Assembly (NCBI RefSeq): GCF_006345805.1
Contig: NW_021827654.1
Coordinates: forward strand, 1 to 10,011
Direction of reading: 5' to 3'
Length of the DNA stretch: 10,011 bases
Origin: Octopus sinensis
Taxonomy: Eukaryota
The translations under genes and the position numbers were made by a program. The notes below the pieces were generated by a model. The model saw nothing but the letters and a program-made list of their open reading frames with translations, was not told where the DNA came from and did not search any database. Of this stretch, positions 7,376-10,011 are shown one piece after another (the stretch's first letter is position 1; each line of letters begins with the position of its first letter).

Positions 7376-7468
7376 CACCCTATTTGATTTATATGGATAA
7401 TACCATACAAAATTCTGGTGCCTTTGACTTAAGTACCATATTCATCTGAATCTAAATTTTGCTGAACT

Positions 7469-7510
<42 letters not shown>

Positions 7511-7550
7511 TGTGCGTGCGTGCGTGCGTGCGTGTGTGTGTGTGTGTGTA
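7469..7550. repeat. (TA)n/(TG)n/(TGCG)n compound microsatellite
   Basis: Read directly. Confidence 0.95.
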
Positions 7551-7554
7551 TACC

Positions 7555-7619
7555 CACCGTGACGCGTAATCACGGAGGTGTGAGTTCGAGTCTCATAGCC
7601 GGCCGCCAACACTTTTTTT
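7555..7619 (+). pseudogene. 3' half of a tRNA-like sequence (anticodon arm, T arm, acceptor strand, CCA, T7 run)
   Basis: CCGTGA-CGCGTAA-TCACGG hairpin, GTGAG-TTCGAGT-CTCAT T arm with B box, AGCCGGCCG, CCA (7606-7608), TTTTTTT (7613-7619). No D arm upstream. Confidence 0.6.
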
Positions 7620-7842
7620 CTGCAAAATAGGGGTAGCTTATCCTGTTCAGGCTATATTATTAGCATCATCCTGCATTTGAGAATTTAAAATCACTTCTTT
7701 AACTTTCTAAGACATCTCAACGCTTCTAAGGCAAAATTCGTTTGTTTGTTTTCATTTATCGTAATTTGAATTTAACGTATGATAGCATCTCATAAAGCGA
7801 GATTTCTACATATCTTAAATTTGCAGAAGAATTTGTTGTGTG

Positions 7843-7872
7843 GGTGATTTAGCTTAATGGTTCAGAGCACCG
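7843..7872 (+). pseudogene. 5' half of a tRNA-like sequence (acceptor strand + D arm / A box)
   Basis: GGTGATT-TAGCTTAATGGTTCAGAGC-ACCG. Ends in CACCG, the same 5 nt that begin the 3' half at 7555. Confidence 0.5.
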
Positions 7873-8051
7873 GGTAGCTTATCCTGTTCAGGTTATATAT
7901 ATGTATATATATGTATGTGTGTGTGTGTGTGTGTTTATGCATATACGTAAATATCGAACGATGAAATTGTGTGCTCAACGCCGCATTGGGAGATATAATA
8001 TCGTTATTTTTGTGTTAAGGCTACCTTTGTTTTCAATGGTGTTGCACGGAG

Positions 8052-8129
8052 ACTTATTTCATCGTTCCCGAAAGGATGATATCGACCTCGGCGGAATTTG
8101 AACCCAGAACGTAGTGACAGGCGAAATAC
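8052..8129 (-). mobile_element. Partial, headless SINE unit (B box + central domain) in tandem with the next copy
   Basis: acttatttcatcgttcccgaaaggatgat-atcgacctcggcggaatttgaacccagaacgtag...cgaaatac, with a short internal deletion relative to the other copies. Confidence 0.8.
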
Positions 8130-8361
8130 CTATTTCTTTACTACCCACAAGGGGCTAAACATAGAAGGAGCAAATAAGGACAGACAAACGGATTAAGTCG
8201 ATTACATCGACCCCAGTGCGTAACTGGTACTTATTTAATCGACCCCGAAAGGATGAAAGGCAAAGTCGACCTCGGTGGAATTTGAACTCAGAACTTAACG
8301 GCAGACCAAATACCACCAAGCATTTCGCCCGGTGTGCTAACGTTTCTGCCAGCTCGCCGCC
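8130..8361 (-). mobile_element. Full-length tRNA-head SINE (Meta-like central domain, tail type A)
   Basis: Minus strand GGCGGCGAGCTGGCAGAAACGTTAGCAC (A box) ... GAGTTCAAATTCC (B box). Collinear with 2914-3135. Confidence 0.88.
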
Positions 8362-8374
8362 ACCTCGCCACCTT

Positions 8375-8695
8375 GTTGAGACCCCTTCGGTCATGACTGT
8401 CCATGAGATTGCACCTAGAAAGTTACCTTCCCAGGCTCAAGTCCGGGCAAGGTTTTTTATGGAAGACCAGAAGTTGCCCATGCATACCGGCCTACCTTCT
8501 CTACGCCACCAGTGTTATACAAGGGAAAGGCAAACCTGTGACGTCGCAACTCATTTATACAGCTGAGTGAACTGGAGCAACGTGAAATAAAGTGCCTTGC
8601 TCAAGAACACAACACGCAGCTCGGTCCGGGATTTCAACTCACAACCTCACGATCGTAAGCTCGACGCTCTAACCACTGAGTCATGCGCCTTCACA
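8375..8695 (-). mobile_element. tRNA-head CORE-SINE with 11-bp TSD
   Basis: Minus-strand head GTGAAGGCGCATGACTCAGTGGTTAGAGCG...GAGTTGAAATCCC. 8550-8615 (TGTGTTCTTGAGCAAGGCACTTT...CAGTTCACTCAGCTGTATAAATGAG) resembles the MIR/CORE domain. CTCGCCACCTT is repeated at 8364-8374 and 8696-8706. Confidence 0.85.
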
Positions 8696-8706
8696 CTCGC
8701 CACCTT

Positions 8707-8731
8707 AATAATAGTAATAATAATAATAATG

Positions 8732-8778
<47 letters not shown>

Positions 8779-8987
8779 CCTTTCTACTGTAAGCAAAAGC
8801 CTGAAATTTGGGAGATATTTGATTATATCGATGAATCCAGTGCGTACAGGTATTTATTTCATCGACCCCAGAATGATGAAAGGTAACGTCGACCTCAGCG
8901 GAATTTGAACTCAGAACGTCACGACGGGACAAAATACCGCTAAGCACTTTTGTCCGGCTTGCTAACTATTCTGCCAACTCACAGCCC
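8707..8987 (-). mobile_element. tRNA-head SINE (Meta-like family, tail type C) ending in an (ATT)n tail
   Basis: Head and central domain (8840-8987) match the other copies. Distinct tail at 8779-8835, then (AAT)n 8707-8778 on the plus strand. Confidence 0.82.
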
Positions 8988-9060
8988 TGGTGACTTTTGC
9001 TGCATGTAAATGTCATTAGCAGAGTACTGGAAGTCTATGGAAAAAGACCATTTTCGGTAT

Positions 9061-9421
9061 CGTCGTGGCATTCCGTCGTTTACGACGACGAGTTTTCCAG
9101 TTGATCCGATCAACGGAACACCCTGCTCGTGAACTTAACGTGCATATGGCTGAGCACTCCACTTACCCTTAATGTAGTCCTCGGTGAGATTCAGCGAGAC
9201 GCAGAGTGTGACAAGGCTGGCCTCTGAACTACAGGTACAACAGAAACAAGAAGAAAGAATGAAAGTTGTAGCAAAAGAGTACTGCAGGGATCGCCATCCC
9301 ACTACACAGTCGGTGTCTCGTGGAGCTTTAGGCGTTTTCGCTCAATAAACACTCACAACACTCGGCCTGGGAATCGAAACCGCGAGTCCGCTGCCCTAGC
9401 CACTGGGCCACTGCTCCTCCC
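9061..9421 (-). mobile_element. tRNA-head SINE (third family) with a deleted anticodon region
   Basis: Minus strand GGAGGAGCAGTGGCCCAGTGGCTAGGGCAGCGGACTCGCGGTTTCGATTCCCAGG: A box and B box are unusually close together. GC-rich body. The 3' boundary is approximate. Confidence 0.7.
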
Positions 9422-10011
9422 CATATTCAATATAGTTATTATAATTCAATAAAATAAAATAAAAATTATAAAAAAAAACATTGAATATCCGTGAATATTC
9501 ATTTCTTAATATTTCTTTCATATTTCATTTCTTCACACATCAATTTCATTATTTCCTCTCTTTGTTTTATTATCTTCTTCGTCGAATATTTCATTGTTTC
9601 GCTAATTCGTCTCTCGTTAGCGTATATTTTTCCTTATTTTCGTTTTCTATCTATTGTATTTGTTGGGTGGAATAAGAATCCATGCAATTTTCCGTTTTTG
9701 TCTTTTTTCAGTGTTCTCTATTCTAAATTATTGGTTTGATTGTTTCTCGATATTTTTATATCTTTATTTCCTTATTTTTTTTACATATTCTTATATATTT
9801 TATATATTCGCAATATTTTCCAAAAAACCCACTTTTTTTCTTGTTTCAACAATGGAAATGCATTGTCTCTCTAAATTGCAAGTTATGAATAATGATAATT
9901 ACCAAGAACTACTCACATACGCGAAAAAGTCCAAGACAAAAGAAATATAACCAAAAACAAAAAAGAAAAAAAAAATGAAACAATTATTAATGACATAAAA
10001 AGCGAAAATGA

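Noticed and set aside
9422-10011. Strand-asymmetric T-rich tract with ORFs 9481-9950, possibly a decayed LINE ORF on the minus strand
   Set aside because: The F/S/I/L-rich ORFs follow from base composition. The minus-strand K/E/N-rich frames have frequent stops and no identifiable motif.

Overview
Non-coding, AT-rich, repeat-saturated animal DNA. I find no credible protein-coding exon: every listed ORF is microsatellite, low-complexity or inside a repeat. The dense (TA)n/(GT)n/(GATA)n/(AAT)n arrays plus tRNA-derived SINEs with CORE-like and Meta-like central domains look like an octopus (cephalopod) genome. That is inference from recalled repeat families, not a database hit. Contents: about 8 copies or fragments of one tRNA-head SINE family with interchangeable tails, a CORE-SINE with an 11-bp TSD, another tRNA SINE, an RTE-like fragment, two MITE-like foldbacks and a perfect 54-bp palindrome. 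The most notable signal is three unrelated short elements within 2.2 kb (4900-7375) that each carry a minimal type I hammerhead-ribozyme core with a palindromic helix III, the architecture known from Penelope-like element pLTRs. One is a 440-bp TSD-flanked unit whose inverted arm reads across its own end-to-start junction. Another is fused to a tRNA-like Pol III head. Also seen: an identical tail-to-internal-head junction at two SINE multimers, and a tRNA-like sequence present as two halves in swapped order.
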